Shown here: positions 8,315-9,059 of the stretch, one piece after another
How the letters are laid out: every line of letters begins with the position of its first letter
Position numbering within the stretch: the stretch's first letter is position 1
Origin: Octopus sinensis
Taxonomy: Eukaryota
NCBI RefSeq assembly: GCF_006345805.1
Contig: NW_021828144.1
Coordinates: forward strand, 1-9,059
Length of the DNA stretch: 9,059 nt
Direction of reading: 5' to 3'
Program-made: the position numbers and the translations under genes
Notes under the pieces: generated by a model
Databases searched by the model: none
What the model saw: only the letters and a program-made list of their open reading frames with translations
What the model was told of the DNA's origin: nothing

Positions 8315-8450
8315 CGACAAGCTTCTTTCAGTTTCTGTCTACCAGATCCACTCACAAGGATTTGGTCGGCCCATGGCTATAGTTGAAGACACTTGCCCAA
8401 GGTACCACGCAGTGAGACTGAACCCGAACCCATGTGGTTGGTAAGCAAGC

Positions 8451-8451
<1 letters not shown>
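8315..8451 (-). mobile_element. Same SINE family, copy 2, 5'-truncated, minus strand
   Basis: The reverse complement reads AGCTTGCTTACCAACCACATGGGTTCGGGTTCAGTCTCACTGCGTGGTACCTTGGGCAAGTGTCTTC...GAAACTGAAAGAAGC. Hand alignment to copy 3 gives 109/136 identity. The A-box head is absent. Confidence 0.9.
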
Positions 8452-8529
<78 letters not shown>

Positions 8530-8620
8530 TATTATACATATATATATATATACATACATATATATATATAATATGTGTGTGTATGTATGTATGTATGTAT
8601 GTATGCATTTATATACACAC
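8452..8620. repeat. (TA)n/(TATG)n microsatellite between the inverted SINEs
   Basis: Direct reading. Confidence 0.9.
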
Positions 8621-8623
8621 AGA

Positions 8624-8784
8624 GGTGTGACCATATGGTGAGAAGCTTACTAGCTTGCTTCACAATCACATGGTTCCGTGTTCAGTCCAACTGCGTGGCA
8701 TCTAGACAAGTGTCTTCTACTATAGCCGCGGGTATAGCAAAGCCTTGTGAATGGATCAGGTAGACGAAAACTGAAAGAAGCCCG

Positions 8785-8786
<2 letters not shown>
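8624..8786 (+). mobile_element. Same SINE family, copy 3
   Basis: GGTGTGACCATATGGTGAGAAG head, GTGTTCAGTCC B-box-like motif, ends AAACTGAAAGAAGCCCGTC. Carries an 8-bp tandem duplication, AGCTTACT/AGCTTGCT (8644-8659). Confidence 0.9.
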
Positions 8787-8865
<79 letters not shown>

Positions 8866-8921
8866 TATATGTATATACATATATATATATAAACATATAA
8901 ATACATACATATATAATGTAT

Positions 8922-8952
<31 letters not shown>

Positions 8953-9010
8953 TATATATGTATATGTATGTGTATGTGATAGATACATAAATACACACAC
9001 GCACACACAC
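8787..9010. repeat. (TA)n/(TATG)n/(CA)n microsatellite following SINE copy 3
   Basis: Direct reading. Confidence 0.9.
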
Positions 9011-9059
9011 GACGGTTTTTCACAAGCTCACACAATGCTTAACATTTTTAAAGGCACGC

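Noticed and set aside
9009-9030. GACGGTTTTTCACAAG as the tail of a fourth, minus-strand SINE
   Set aside because: Only ~5-8 nt resemble the family end (GACGGGCTTCTTTCAG), and the similarity does not extend.
2431-9035. Dozens of ORF-track entries rich in [12 protein letters not shown] or MYVC
   Set aside because: They are translations of (TA)n, (TG)n and (CATA)n microsatellites, which lack stop codons in some frames; there is no protein-like content.

Overview
Eukaryotic, AT- and microsatellite-rich genomic DNA, most likely from an octopod cephalopod. That is an inference from the recalled SINE family and the extreme (TA)n/(TATG)n density. The first 2.5 kb is one uninterrupted + strand reading frame, open from the window edge (3-2525, at least 840 aa). 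It encodes a low-complexity, transcription-factor-like protein with Q/H-, S/P- and Ala-rich tracts and a clear eh1 (Groucho/TLE-binding) motif, FSIDSIIG, but no DNA-binding domain lies inside the window. The remaining ~6.5 kb is non-coding: roughly 40% microsatellite by eye, with three copies of a tRNA-derived CORE-like SINE. Three structures stand out: (i) a five-unit ~55-bp array with a conserved 19-nt core and mostly 36-nt variable linkers (3736-4012); (ii) a 53-nt near-perfect hairpin (6301-6353); (iii) a head-to-head inverted SINE pair (~80% identical) that could form dsRNA. I found no prokaryotic system, cas gene or transposase. All '[12 protein letters not shown]' ORFs in the track are microsatellite artefacts.
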